From Geobacter metallireducens GS-15 (GTDB taxonomy: Bacteria > Desulfobacterota > Desulfuromonadia > Geobacterales > Geobacteraceae): a stretch of DNA of 32,000 nucleotides. The stretch covers positions 2,610,001 through 2,642,000 of the forward strand of contig NC_007517.1 of assembly GCF_000012925.1 (NCBI RefSeq), given 5' to 3'. A program made the position numbers and the translations under genes. This document shows, one piece after another, positions 16,499 through 25,353 of the stretch. Every line of letters starts with the position of its first letter. Positions within the stretch are counted from its first letter, which is position 1. The notes under the pieces are model-generated. The model searched no databases. It saw only the letters and a program-made list of their open reading frames with translations, and had not been told where the DNA came from.

Positions 16499-16527
16499 TT
16501 GATTTACCCTTGCCACTTCCCTATAAT
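16499..16527 (+). promoter_or_regulatory. Candidate sigma70 promoter for tmk-holB-PSP1-metG
   Basis: TTGATT (16499-16504), a 17-nt spacer, then consensus TATAAT (16522-16527), 36 nt upstream of the tmk ATG. GGAAGGG lies between. Confidence 0.5.
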
Positions 16528-16563
16528 TCAGCTTTTACAAAATGGAAGGGCAATGCAACCCCC

Positions 16564-17217
16564 ATGGGTTTTTTCATCACATTCGAAGGAATCGAGGGAT
16601 GCGGCAAGTCGACCCAGGTCCGACTGGTCGCCGAACGGCTCAGCCGGGCCGGCCACGGGGTGGTGGTGACCCGCGAACCGGGAGGATGCCCCATCGCCGA
16701 CGCCATCAGGGCAATTCTTCTGGACGCCCGCAACAGCGCCATGGTGCCCATGGCCGAACTCCTCCTCTACGCGGCGGCCCGGGCCCAGCACGTGGCGGAG
16801 GTGATCGAACCGGCCCTGGCAGCGGGGAAGATCGTCCTCTGCGATCGCTTCACCGACTCCACCATGGCCTACCAGGGATTCGGCCGCAAGCTGGACCGGG
16901 AACTGATTGCCCAGCTCAACAGCCTGGCCGCCGGCAGCATCAGACCGGATCTGACCCTCCTTCTGGACTGTTCCGTGGAGACGGGGCTCGCCCGGGCCAT
17001 GGCCCGGATCAACACAAGCAGCGCGGCCCGGGAGGAGCGGTTCGAGCAGGAGTCCATCCTCTTCCACGAGCGGATCAGGGACGGCTTCCTCTCCCTCGCC
17101 GCTGCCGAACCGGGGCGGTTCGTGGTTCTGGACGGCAGTGGCGGCATCGAAGAGACCGAGGCCCTCGTGACGGAGGCGATCCTTGCCCGCCTTCCCGCAT
17201 CCCCTGCAAGGAGGTAG
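16564..17217 (+). CDS. tmk: Thymidylate kinase
   Basis: The protein begins MGFFITFEGIEGCGKSTQ (P-loop). DRF and LID-region motifs are present. I place the start at ATG 16564, because the track start at 16405 lies inside the rnc coding region and promoter region. Confidence 0.95.
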   Translation: MGFFITFEGIEGCGKSTQVRLVAERLSRAGHGVVVTREPGGCPIADAIRAILLDARNSAMVPMAELLLYAAARAQHVAEVIEPALAAGKIVLCDRFTDSTMAYQGFGRKLDRELIAQLNSLAAGSIRPDLTLLLDCSVETGLARAMARINTSSAAREERFEQESILFHERIRDGFLSLAAAEPGRFVVLDGSGGIEETEALVTEAILARLPASPARR

Positions 17218-17220
17218 GCG

Positions 17221-18177
17221 GTGCCCTTCTCCCGCGTCATTGGCCAGGATACCCCCGTCAACGTTCTGCGGCGTGCGCTTCGCTCCGGCAAGACGGCCCA
17301 TGCCTACCTGTTCGAGGGAATCGGGGGATGCGGCAAGGGAACCACGGCTCTCGCTTTTGTGGAGGCTGCCTTCTGCGGCCGGGATGATGGGTGCGGCACC
17401 TGCCCCTCCTGCCGGAAGATGGCGACGCTGCAGCACCCCGATCTCCACCCGGTGGAACCCGACGGGGCGTTCATCAAGATAGACCAGGTCCGGGAACTCC
17501 AGCGGGAACTGGTGCTTCGCCCCATCGAGGCGCCGCTCAAGGCATGCATCATCAGGGATGCGGACCGGCTCAATCCGGCAGCAGGCAACGCCCTCCTGAA
17601 GACCCTGGAGGAACCGCCGGGCAATGCCCTGATGATCCTCCTCACCACGAACCTGGACGGGGTCCTTCCCACGATCCGCTCCCGCTGCCAGCTCCTGCGC
17701 TTTGCGCCCCTTCCCGAGGAGCTCATCGAGGAGCGACTGGTGGCAGCCGGACGGGACCGGGCCGCAGCACGCCTTGCCGCATCCCTTGCGGGTGGAAGCC
17801 TGGGGAAAGCCCTTGGGGATGAGGAAGCGGACACGGTGGACCGGCAAGCGCTCCTGGAACGGCTCAGGACCCTCTCCCTCAGCGACACGGCCTCCCTCTT
17901 CGCCGCTGCCGAAGAGATGGCCGCCAACCGCGAACAGGCCCTGAAGCAGTTGGACGTGCTCGCGTCGCTTCTGCGCGACATCCTCCTCATCCAGGGGGGG
18001 AGCGATGCCGTGGTCAACCGCGACATCATGCCATTTCTGGAAAGCGAGGCGGCGCGCCTGTCGCGGGAAAAGAATCTCGAACGAATAAGCAACACCATGG
18101 AGGCCCGCCAGGCCCTCATGCGCAACGCCAACCCGCGGCTCACCCTCGACGTGCTCCTGATGCGTCTGGCGGGGTAA
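17221..18177 (+). CDS. holB: DNA polymerase III delta-prime subunit
   Basis: HAYLFEGIGGCGKGTTA (degenerate P-loop), zinc module CGTCPSCRK, and LLKTLEEPP and SRCQ motifs. The GTG start has AAGGAGG 6 nt upstream. Confidence 0.9.
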   Translation: MPFSRVIGQDTPVNVLRRALRSGKTAHAYLFEGIGGCGKGTTALAFVEAAFCGRDDGCGTCPSCRKMATLQHPDLHPVEPDGAFIKIDQVRELQRELVLRPIEAPLKACIIRDADRLNPAAGNALLKTLEEPPGNALMILLTTNLDGVLPTIRSRCQLLRFAPLPEELIEERLVAAGRDRAAARLAASLAGGSLGKALGDEEADTVDRQALLERLRTLSLSDTASLFAAAEEMAANREQALKQLDVLASLLRDILLIQGGSDAVVNRDIMPFLESEAARLSREKNLERISNTMEARQALMRNANPRLTLDVLLMRLAG

Positions 18178-18207
18178 ACGCCGCTTGTATTTTTTTCGGA
18201 GGACAAC

Positions 18208-19254
18208 TTGGTAAAGATTGTGAAGGCCCAGTTCCACACCGCCGGCAAACTCTACGACTTCGGGGCGGGCGATCTCGACCTCAAGCCGGGAGACAAGATC
18301 ATCGTCGAGACAGAGCGGGGGCGGAGCATCGCCACCGTCGTCACCCCCCCCCGGGAATACGAAGAGGCCCATGTACCCGAAGGGCTCAAGACCGCCATCC
18401 GGATCGCCGAACCGTCGGATCTCGCCTCGGCTGCCCGCAACGACGCCCGGGAGCAGGAAGCCCACGCGTTCTGCCTCCGCAAGATCAAGGAGCGGGGGAT
18501 GGAGATGAAACTCGTCAAGGTGGAATACCTTTTTGACGGGAGCAAGGCCATCTTCTACTTCACCGCCGACGGGCGGGTCGATTTCCGGGAACTGGTCAAG
18601 GATCTGGCCCATCAGTTCCACACCCGCATCGAGATGCGTCAGATCGGCGTCCGTGACGAATCGAAGATGATAGGCGGCATCGGCATCTGCGGGCGAGAAC
18701 TCTGCTGTTCGTCGTTTTTGCGCGAGTTCGAGCCCGTATCGGTCAAAATGGCCAAGGAGCAGAACCTGGCCCTCAACCCCACGAAAATCTCCGGACAGTG
18801 CGGCCGACTCCTCTGCTGTCTCGGCTACGAGTACGAGACCTACTGCTCCCTCAAGAAATGCCTTCCCAAATGCGGTAAAGTTGTGAAGTGCGGCAGCACC
18901 GAAGGGGAAGTCATCAAGCAGAACATCATCGAGGGGACCGTCTTCGTCAAGACCGACGACGACCGGATTGTAGAGCTCAAGGGGGAGAGCATCAAGCCCG
19001 AGGACATCTCGGAGCGCCCCAAGTCCCCACGCCGGGAGGGTGGCACTAGGGAGAGGGAGAAGGAACCGCAAAGCTCTTCCGACAATCAGCGGCGGGAAAA
19101 ACCCCGGGACCGTGAGCAGAAACCGGGAGACGACGGCGAGCAGCGCCGGGAGCGCGATACTAAAAAGAACCAGGACCAGCAGCGCGGAGAACGCGGCAAC
19201 CGTGATCGACGCGGCGGCAAAGGCAGGGACAAGGATAAAAAGGAGCCGAAATGA
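18208..19254 (+). CDS. PSP1 domain protein (YaaT/RicT-like) with long Arg/Glu/Asp/Lys-rich C-terminal tail
   Basis: PSP1 core (FYFTADGRVDFRELVKDLA) and Cys-rich motifs ICGRELCCSSFL and GQCGRLLCCLGYE. TTG start after GGAGGA. The order tmk-holB-PSP1 matches the Bacillus tmk...holB-ricT arrangement. Confidence 0.88.
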   Translation: MVKIVKAQFHTAGKLYDFGAGDLDLKPGDKIIVETERGRSIATVVTPPREYEEAHVPEGLKTAIRIAEPSDLASAARNDAREQEAHAFCLRKIKERGMEMKLVKVEYLFDGSKAIFYFTADGRVDFRELVKDLAHQFHTRIEMRQIGVRDESKMIGGIGICGRELCCSSFLREFEPVSVKMAKEQNLALNPTKISGQCGRLLCCLGYEYETYCSLKKCLPKCGKVVKCGSTEGEVIKQNIIEGTVFVKTDDDRIVELKGESIKPEDISERPKSPRREGGTREREKEPQSSSDNQRREKPRDREQKPGDDGEQRRERDTKKNQDQQRGERGNRDRRGGKGRDKDKKEPK

Positions 19255-20780
19255 GCCGAACGTTCTATGTCACGACCCCCATCTACTACGTAAATGACGT
19301 ACCGCACATCGGCCATGCGTACACGACCCTCGCCGCCGATGTCCTTGCCCGCTACAAGCGGCTCAAGGGGTATGATGTCTTTTTCCTGACCGGGACCGAC
19401 GAGCACGGCCAGAAGGTGGAGAAGGCCGCCAACGCCGCCGGCGAGACCCCCCTGGAGCTGGCCGATCGGGTGGTGAAGCGTTTCCAGGCCCTCTGGGAAA
19501 AACTTGACATCAGCTACAACGACTTCATCCGCACCACCCAGGAGCGCCACAAGAAGGGGGTAACCCACCTCTTCCGGGAGGTCATGGCCAAGGGGGACAT
19601 CTATCTCGGCGAGTATGAGGACTGGTACTGCACCCCGTGCGAAACCTTCTGGACCGAAACCCAGCTCATCGACGGCAAATGCCCCGACTGCAACCGTCCC
19701 GTGGAAAAGCTCAAGGAAGAGTCCTACTTCTTCCGGATGAGCAAGTACCAGGAGCAGCTCCTGGCCCACATCGAAGCGAACCCCGACTTCATCCAGCCCA
19801 AGAGCCGGCGCAACGAAATTATCTCTTTCGTCAAGGAAGGGCTCCGGGATCTCTCGGTTTCCCGCACCTCCTTCAACTGGGGGATTCCGGTACCGGGGAA
19901 CGAGCGGCACGTGATCTACGTCTGGTTCGACGCCCTCACCAACTACATCACAGCCCTCGGCTATCCCGACCAGGCCGGTAATTACGGGAAATTCTGGCCC
20001 GTGGACGCCCACCTCATCGGCAAGGATATCCTCCGCTTCCACGCGGTCTACTGGCCCACCTTCCTCATGGCCGCCGGACTTCCGGTGCCGAGGAAAGTAT
20101 TTGCCCACGGCTGGTGGACCGTCGAAGGGCAGAAGATGAGCAAGAGCCTCCAGAATGTGGTGGAGCCCAACATGCTCGTGGACAAGTACGGCATCGACGC
20201 GGTCCGCTACTTCCTCCTGCGGGAGGTCCCCTTCGGCCTCGACGGCGACTTCTCCCACGCGGCCCTCGTCCACCGGATCAACTCGGACCTGGCCAACGAC
20301 CTGGGGAACCTCCTCAGCCGCTCTACCGCCATGGTGAACAAGTACTTCGGCGGCACCCTCCCCCAGCCGGGAGCCATGACCGAACTGGACGCCGCCTTCC
20401 GGGCCAGGACCGAGGCGATGATCAGCCAACTCGAGTCATGCATGGACGAAATGGCCTTCAGTAAGGGCCTCCAGGCAATCTGGGAAGTGATCTCCGCCGG
20501 AAACAAATACATCGACGAGAGCGCCCCCTGGACCCTGGCCAAGGATCCGGCCCAGAAGGAGCGTCTCGGCACCATCATGTACACCCTCTTGGAGGCCCAG
20601 CGGATCGTGCATACGCTCTTGTCTGCCTTCATGCCGCGCACCGCGGCCAAAGCCCTCGGCTATCTGGGCTGCATGGAGGCACTCAGGGACGAAGACCTGG
20701 CGTGGGGCAAACTGGTTCCGGGAACACAGATTGCCAAGGCAGAGGCGCTTTTCCCGCGAATCGAAGACAAAGCCGAATAG
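19251..20780 (+). CDS. metG: Methionyl-tRNA synthetase (short form, no C-terminal tRNA-binding appendix)
   Basis: HIGH motif (VPHIGHAYT), KMSKS motif (GQKMSKSLQN) and a zinc knuckle (CTPCE...CPDCNRP). The ATG overlaps the PSP1 stop as ATGA. Confidence 0.97.
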   Translation: MSRTFYVTTPIYYVNDVPHIGHAYTTLAADVLARYKRLKGYDVFFLTGTDEHGQKVEKAANAAGETPLELADRVVKRFQALWEKLDISYNDFIRTTQERHKKGVTHLFREVMAKGDIYLGEYEDWYCTPCETFWTETQLIDGKCPDCNRPVEKLKEESYFFRMSKYQEQLLAHIEANPDFIQPKSRRNEIISFVKEGLRDLSVSRTSFNWGIPVPGNERHVIYVWFDALTNYITALGYPDQAGNYGKFWPVDAHLIGKDILRFHAVYWPTFLMAAGLPVPRKVFAHGWWTVEGQKMSKSLQNVVEPNMLVDKYGIDAVRYFLLREVPFGLDGDFSHAALVHRINSDLANDLGNLLSRSTAMVNKYFGGTLPQPGAMTELDAAFRARTEAMISQLESCMDEMAFSKGLQAIWEVISAGNKYIDESAPWTLAKDPAQKERLGTIMYTLLEAQRIVHTLLSAFMPRTAAKALGYLGCMEALRDEDLAWGKLVPGTQIAKAEALFPRIEDKAE

Positions 20781-20790
20781 GTACAATGAG

Positions 20791-20810
20791 GGGCGCTGCT
20801 TGCTGCGCCC
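20791..20810. terminator. Hairpin between convergent metG and DUF218 genes (possible bidirectional terminator)
   Basis: GGGCGC-tgcttgct-GCGCCC, a 6-bp GC stem with an 8-nt loop. Only weak T-richness follows (GTATTG). Confidence 0.35.
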
Positions 20811-20842
20811 GTATTGCTGCCCCCATGGAGCAAGCGCAGACC

Positions 20843-21445
20843 CTACGGTCCCGCAGGTGGTCTCAGTTCTCCAGAGGCGAAAAGAAAGAAGAACCTGAAG
20901 AGGCAGTACTTGTAGAACTCGCTGAAGAGGAGCCGGAAACTCCCCTGGTCACGCCACCACGCTTCCTTGAGATTGATCGTATCGACCGGATGGGGGTAGA
21001 TGGCTATGTCCCGGGGAAGCGTGCTCCTGAAGATGAGGGTCGCCCGTTTCATGTGGTAGCGGGAAGTGATGAGACTAATCGAGCGGATATCCTTTCGATC
21101 AATGATCTCCCTGCCATAAAGGGCATTTTCCAGAGTGTTCCGCGATGCATTTTCCAGGACCACCCGGTCGGCGAGGCTTTCCCCCTTCCGCTCCTGGAAG
21201 AGTTCCTGCTTCCGCACCATGGGGTCGACCCCGATGAGAAAGAGGTACTTTCCCTTCTTCGCCCTGAAGAGCCGTATCCCCTCTTCCACTCTCCCCCGTC
21301 CCCCGGCAAGGACCACGATGGCGTCGGTGGCGATGTCACGCTGCCGCACGGAAAAGGTCTTGTAGGCGAAGTCCACGAAGAGGACCGTCGCCACTACCAG
21401 AAAGATCACCAAAAGCGAGAAAAGGCCACGAAAAAAGAGCGCCAT
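20843..21445 (-). CDS. DUF218 (YdcF/SanA/ElyC-like) membrane-anchored protein
   Basis: N-terminal TM helix ([16 protein letters not shown]). DUF218-type motifs [18 protein letters not shown] and [11 protein letters not shown]. Confidence 0.8.
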   Translation of the reverse strand: MALFFRGLFSLLVIFLVVATVLFVDFAYKTFSVRQRDIATDAIVVLAGGRGRVEEGIRLFRAKKGKYLFLIGVDPMVRKQELFQERKGESLADRVVLENASRNTLENALYGREIIDRKDIRSISLITSRYHMKRATLIFRSTLPRDIAIYPHPVDTINLKEAWWRDQGSFRLLFSEFYKYCLFRFFFLFASGELRPPAGP

Positions 21446-21471
21446 TGCACCACCTTACCAGAATATTTCAC

Positions 21472-21500
21472 TTGCAAAGCCGGTTACTGTCTGCTATAAG
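21472..21500 (+). promoter_or_regulatory. Candidate sigma70 promoter for rpmB
   Basis: TTGCAA (21472-21477), a 17-nt spacer, then TATAAG (21495-21500). GAGGGAG SD lies upstream of ATG 21537. Confidence 0.5.
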
Positions 21501-21536
21501 AGAGAGCTTCAGAAACCATCGAGAGGGAGTAGAGCC

Positions 21537-21728
21537 ATGTCGAGAAAATGTGAAATCTGCGGCAAAGGTCCCAGTTTCGGTAACAATGTCAGCCACGCCA
21601 ACAACAAGACCCGCACCACGTGGTACCCGAACCTGCAGAAGGTGAAGGCCGTCAGGAACGGTAGCGTCCAGACCATCAAGGTCTGCACCCGCTGCATCCG
21701 CTCCGGCCACGTCACCAAGGCCATCTAA
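21537..21728 (+). CDS. rpmB: 50S ribosomal protein L28 (Cys4 zinc-ribbon form)
   Basis: The 63 aa protein [34 protein letters not shown] is a classic L28 sequence. It has CxxC...CxxC. Confidence 0.95.
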   Translation: MSRKCEICGKGPSFGNNVSHANNKTRTTWYPNLQKVKAVRNGSVQTIKVCTRCIRSGHVTKAI

Positions 21729-21783
21729 GAACCGGGGGGCTCGTTGCCCCTCGGGCACGTTTCCGCACCCAACAAACGACTCA

Positions 21784-21819
21784 GCCGCAGCGCATCCGCG
21801 TCTGCGGCTTTTGTCGTTT
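21784..21819 (+). terminator. Rho-independent terminator after rpmB
   Basis: GCCGCAG(CGC-ATCC-GCG,T)CTGCGGC stem (7+3 bp with a one-nucleotide bulge and a tetraloop), followed by TTTTGTCGTTT. Confidence 0.6.
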
Positions 21820-21841
21820 CTTATTCTCCCGGGGAAACCTC

Positions 21842-22219
21842 TCAGCAGAGGGCAAGCACCTCGATTTCCACCAGGGCGCCGCGAGGAAGACCTTTCACCT
21901 CCACCGTGGAACGTGCCGGCGGCTCTGCGGAAAAACGGCTCCCATACACCTCGTTGACCACCCCGAAATTGGCCAGATCGGTCAGAAAGATGGTCGTCTT
22001 CACGACGGCGTCAAAACCGAGGCCGGCCTCGGCCAATACCGCGGCAATATTGTCCATGACCCGGTCGGTCTGCTCCCTGATCCCACCGGGCACAAATTCT
22101 CCGGTTGCAGGATCCAGCGGTATCTGCCCCGAGAGGAACAGGAAGCCCCCCGCCTTCACTGCCTGAGAATAGGGCCCGATCGCCTTGGGTGCCTTGTCGG
22201 TGGCAATAATCTCTTTCAT
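21842..22219 (-). CDS. ridA: RidA/YjgF-family reactive enamine/imine deaminase
   Basis: APKAIGPYSQAV, FLSGQIPLDP, PARSTVEV, and a 125 aa length. It starts 12 nt downstream of the rel stop. Confidence 0.92.
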   Translation of the reverse strand: MKEIIATDKAPKAIGPYSQAVKAGGFLFLSGQIPLDPATGEFVPGGIREQTDRVMDNIAAVLAEAGLGFDAVVKTTIFLTDLANFGVVNEVYGSRFSAEPPARSTVEVKGLPRGALVEIEVLALC

Positions 22220-22232
22220 CGCATGCTCCTTC

Positions 22233-24383
22233 CTACGACTTCATCCGTTCCACATGGGTGACGCCGCTTACCTTCATGATGTTGTTCATGACCCGGGTCA
22301 GGTGCTCAAGGCTCGTGACGTCCACCTCGAAAATGTTCACCCCTCGCCGGTCCACGGTGCTCTGGATGGAGGCGCTCGATATGTTCGCCTCACAGTTGGT
22401 AATGGCCAGGGTGATATTGGCCAGAATCCCCTTCTGGTCGTGACAGGAGACCTTGATCTTCACCGGCAGGGCCGCCTTCCGCTCCCGGTTCCAGTCAACG
22501 GCGATGCGCCGCTCCGGATCGTTCTCCAGGGCAATGGGACAGTCGGCGGTGTGGACGGTCACACCCCGTCCCCTGGTGATGAACCCGACGATTTCGTCAC
22601 CGGGGACCGGATTGCAGCACTTGCCGAAGCGAACGAGCACATCGTCAACGCCGCCTATCTGAATGGCGCTCGTGGATTTTCCCGTCAGCTTGCTGATGGC
22701 CTTGCCGATCCGCGATTCCTTCAGTTCCTGCTTCTCGGCGAGCTTTTCCTCGGGCAGCAGTTTGCCGAGCACCTGGTTGCAGGAGAGCTTTCCATATCCC
22801 ACGGCCGCCATGAGATCGTCGTCGCCTACATAGCCGAATTCCGTGGCCACCCTCTTCAGCTCCCCCGTCTTCTGGAGCTTGCCCAGGTTCAAGGAGAAAC
22901 GTCGGAATTCCTTCTCCATGATCTCCTTGCCAAGGGAGATGCTCCGGACCCGCTCTTCGGTCTTTATCCAGGCCCGGATCTTGTTCCGCGCCCGGGAGCT
23001 CCTGACGATCTTGAGCCAATCCTTGCTGGGGGTGTGGTGGGGAGAGGTGATAACCTCGACGATATCGCCGTTCTTGAGCTCGTACTTGAGGGGGACCAGC
23101 TTGCCGTTCACCTTGGCGCCGACGCAGCGATGCCCCAGGTCGGTGTGGATGGTGTAGGCGAAGTCGATGGGGGTCGACCCCTTGGGAAAGCTCTTCACAT
23201 CGCCGTTCGGCGTGAAGACGTAGACCTCCTCGGGAAAAAGCTCCACCTTGACGGTGCTCATGAACTCATGGGAGTCCTGGAGCTCCTGCTGCCATTCAAG
23301 GAGCTGACGCAGCCAGGCAAAGCGCTTCACCTCCTTCTCGTCGTACCCCTTCCCCTCCTTGTACTTCCAGTGAGCCGCGATCCCCGCCTCCGCAACCCCG
23401 TGCATGTCATAGGTGCGGATCTGCACCTCCATCCGCTCCCCGTGGGGACCGATGACCGTCGTGTGGAGCGACTGGTACATGTTCCCCTTGGGCATGGCGA
23501 TGTAGTCCTTGAAGCGGCCGGGGATCGGCTTCCAGGTGGAATGGATGAGACCCAGCACCTCATAGCACTCGCGGATATCGTTCACCATGACGCGAATGGC
23601 GATCAGGTCGTAGATCTGGTCGATATCGACACTGCGGCTCTGCATCTTGCGCCAGATGGAGTAGAGATGCTTGCTCCGGCCGAAGACCTCCCCCTTGATG
23701 TCGTGCTCCACAAGCTTGTCGACGATGATCTTCCGCACCTCATCGACATAGCTCTCCCGCTCCTTCTTCTTCTTGGTCACCTTGGAGGCGAGATCGTAGT
23801 AGATCTGTGGCTCCAGGTACCGGAAGGAGAGATCCTCCAGTTCGCTCTTGATCCAGGAAATACCGAGACGGTTAGCGATAGGTGCGTAGATGTCGAGGGT
23901 TTCGCGGGCGATGGAGCGCTGCTTCGGCTCGGGCTGGTACTGGAGGGTCCGCATGTTGTGGAGGCGGTCGGCCAGCTTCACTAGAATGACCCGGATGTCA
24001 TTGGCCATGGCCAGGAGCATCTTGCGGAAGTTCTCGGCCTGGCTCTCTTCCTTGGTCTTGAAGTGGATTTTGCTGATCTTGGTGACACCGTCCACGAGGT
24101 TGGCCACCTCGGCACCGAACAGCCCTTCCAGTTCCTCGCGGGTGGTCAGGGTATCCTCGATGGTGTCATGGAGAAGCCCCGTCACCACGGTGGGGACATC
24201 GAGCCGGAGGTCGGCCAGAAGCCCCGCCACCTCCATGGGGTGAACCAGATAGGGCTCGCCCGAAAGACGGGTCTGCCCCTGGTGGACCTTGGCGCAGTAT
24301 ACGTAGGCCTTGCGCACCAGGTCCAGGTCCGGCGCGGGGTTGTATGAACCAACCTTATCGAGGATATCGTTGAGTCTGATCAT
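22233..24383 (-). CDS. rel: Bifunctional (p)ppGpp synthetase/hydrolase, long RSH (Rel/SpoT)
   Basis: HD hydrolase domain (HQGQTRLSGEPYLVHP, LLHDTIEDT). Synthetase domain (GRSKHLYSIWRKM, YQSLHTTV). TGS domain (VFTPNGDV...G.TPIDFAY) and a C-terminal ACT-like region. The N-terminus aligns with E. coli SpoT to within a residue or two. Confidence 0.97.
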   Translation of the reverse strand: MIRLNDILDKVGSYNPAPDLDLVRKAYVYCAKVHQGQTRLSGEPYLVHPMEVAGLLADLRLDVPTVVTGLLHDTIEDTLTTREELEGLFGAEVANLVDGVTKISKIHFKTKEESQAENFRKMLLAMANDIRVILVKLADRLHNMRTLQYQPEPKQRSIARETLDIYAPIANRLGISWIKSELEDLSFRYLEPQIYYDLASKVTKKKKERESYVDEVRKIIVDKLVEHDIKGEVFGRSKHLYSIWRKMQSRSVDIDQIYDLIAIRVMVNDIRECYEVLGLIHSTWKPIPGRFKDYIAMPKGNMYQSLHTTVIGPHGERMEVQIRTYDMHGVAEAGIAAHWKYKEGKGYDEKEVKRFAWLRQLLEWQQELQDSHEFMSTVKVELFPEEVYVFTPNGDVKSFPKGSTPIDFAYTIHTDLGHRCVGAKVNGKLVPLKYELKNGDIVEVITSPHHTPSKDWLKIVRSSRARNKIRAWIKTEERVRSISLGKEIMEKEFRRFSLNLGKLQKTGELKRVATEFGYVGDDDLMAAVGYGKLSCNQVLGKLLPEEKLAEKQELKESRIGKAISKLTGKSTSAIQIGGVDDVLVRFGKCCNPVPGDEIVGFITRGRGVTVHTADCPIALENDPERRIAVDWNRERKAALPVKIKVSCHDQKGILANITLAITNCEANISSASIQSTVDRRGVNIFEVDVTSLEHLTRVMNNIMKVSGVTHVERMKS

Positions 24384-24385
24384 GG

Positions 24386-24428
24386 AAAAAAGGACAAAAA
24401 AAGGGCGGAAGCATTACGCTTCTGCCCC
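24386..24428 (-). terminator. Rho-independent terminator/attenuator between rpoZ and rel
   Basis: On the minus strand: GGGGCAGAAGC-GUAAU-GCUUCCGCCC(U) (5 bp, one A/C mismatch, then 4-5 bp), followed by UUUUUUUGUCCUUUUUUCC, which runs directly into the rel AUG. Confidence 0.6.
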
Positions 24429-24442
24429 TGTAGCCAGGCTTA

Positions 24443-24652
24443 CTACTTTGCCTTGCGCGAAGTCAGCTCGTACCCTACCTTGCCCGAGGCGATTTCGCGA
24501 AGCGATACCACCACGTTCTTGTTGGCTGCCTTGTTGTCGATGAGAGGCGAAGCTCCTTTGTAGAGTTGCTTGACGCGCTTTGACGCCAGCATGACAAGCA
24601 GGAAGCGATTATCCACTTTTTCAAGGCAATCTTCAACTGTTACCCGTGCCAT
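24443..24652 (-). CDS. rpoZ: DNA-directed RNA polymerase omega subunit
   Basis: [30 protein letters not shown] is a canonical omega N-terminus. ATG 24652 has AAAGGAG 7 nt upstream. The track start at 24679 is over-extended. Confidence 0.93.
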   Translation of the reverse strand: MARVTVEDCLEKVDNRFLLVMLASKRVKQLYKGASPLIDNKAANKNVVVSLREIASGKVGYELTSRKAK

Positions 24653-24666
24653 TGTGCTACTCCTTT

Positions 24667-24688
24667 CAAAAACCGGCATCTGTGCCGG
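24667..24688 (-). terminator. Terminator-like hairpin between gmk and rpoZ
   Basis: On the minus strand: CCGGCA-CAGA-UGCCGG followed by UUUUUG, immediately before the rpoZ SD. The stem is short (6 bp). Confidence 0.4.
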
Positions 24689-24730
24689 CCGGTGTCTCAG
24701 TGCTTATGGGATGTTGGTTCCTGGTCTGTC

Positions 24731-25342
24731 TCAGCCCATGTCGAACCGTTCGGTCACCGTTTCAAGAACCCGGAACGTCCGGCACCGCTCTGCAACCACG
24801 ACCGATTTGAGTTCTTCTACTGCCCGGCTGAACTGATCGTTGACTATAATGTAGTCGTACCAGCGGGATTCGCGAATCTCGCCGGCAGCGGCATCAATGC
24901 GCCGGCTAATGACATCGTCGCTGTCGGAGGAACGGCCGTTGAGCCGACGACGGAGTTCCTCGTAGCTGGGGGGGAGAATGAATATGTAGACGCCGCCCTC
25001 GTAACGCTCCTTGAGCTGACGCGCGCCCTGGATGTCAATATCGAGAATCAGGTCGATTCCCGTGATGCGGCACTCCTCAAGGGTGCGAATGGACGTACCG
25101 TAACAGTTGCCGTGAACCTCGGCCCACTCGGCAAACTCACCCTTATCGACCATGCTCCGGAACTCGTCCATGGAAATAAAATAATAGTCTTTTCCATGCA
25201 CTTCACCGGCTCGGGGCTGCCGCGTCGTATAGCTGACAGAATGCCGGAGGTGCGGAAAGATGTCAATTATTTCCTTGCAGAGCGTAGTCTTACCCGCCCC
25301 CGACGGCGCCGAGATGATGTAGAGAACCCCTTCGCGTTTCAT
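24731..25342 (-). CDS. gmk: Guanylate kinase
   Basis: P-loop ISAPSGAGKTTL. GMP-binding motifs SVSYTTRQPRAGEVHGKDYYF and EWAEVHGNCYGT. Confidence 0.96.
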   Translation of the reverse strand: MKREGVLYIISAPSGAGKTTLCKEIIDIFPHLRHSVSYTTRQPRAGEVHGKDYYFISMDEFRSMVDKGEFAEWAEVHGNCYGTSIRTLEECRITGIDLILDIDIQGARQLKERYEGGVYIFILPPSYEELRRRLNGRSSDSDDVISRRIDAAAGEIRESRWYDYIIVNDQFSRAVEELKSVVVAERCRTFRVLETVTERFDMG

Positions 25343-25353
25343 GGTAACCCCGG

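Noticed and set aside
16528-19071. 847 aa minus-strand ORF spanning three genes
   Set aside because: It is antisense to tmk, holB and the PSP1 gene, all of which have clear P-loop, zinc-module or PSP1 motifs on the plus strand. The long open antisense frame is a GC-bias artefact.
19086-20429. 447 aa minus-strand ORF
   Set aside because: It is antisense to metG, which carries HIGH and KMSKS motifs on the plus strand.
21729-21783. First small hairpin after rpmB (GGGGC-TCGTT-GCCCC)
   Set aside because: It has only 5 bp and no T-tract. The stronger hairpin with a T-tract at 21784-21819 explains termination.
22185-23984. 599 aa plus-strand ORF
   Set aside because: It is antisense to the Rel/SpoT gene, which has HD, synthetase and TGS motifs on the minus strand.
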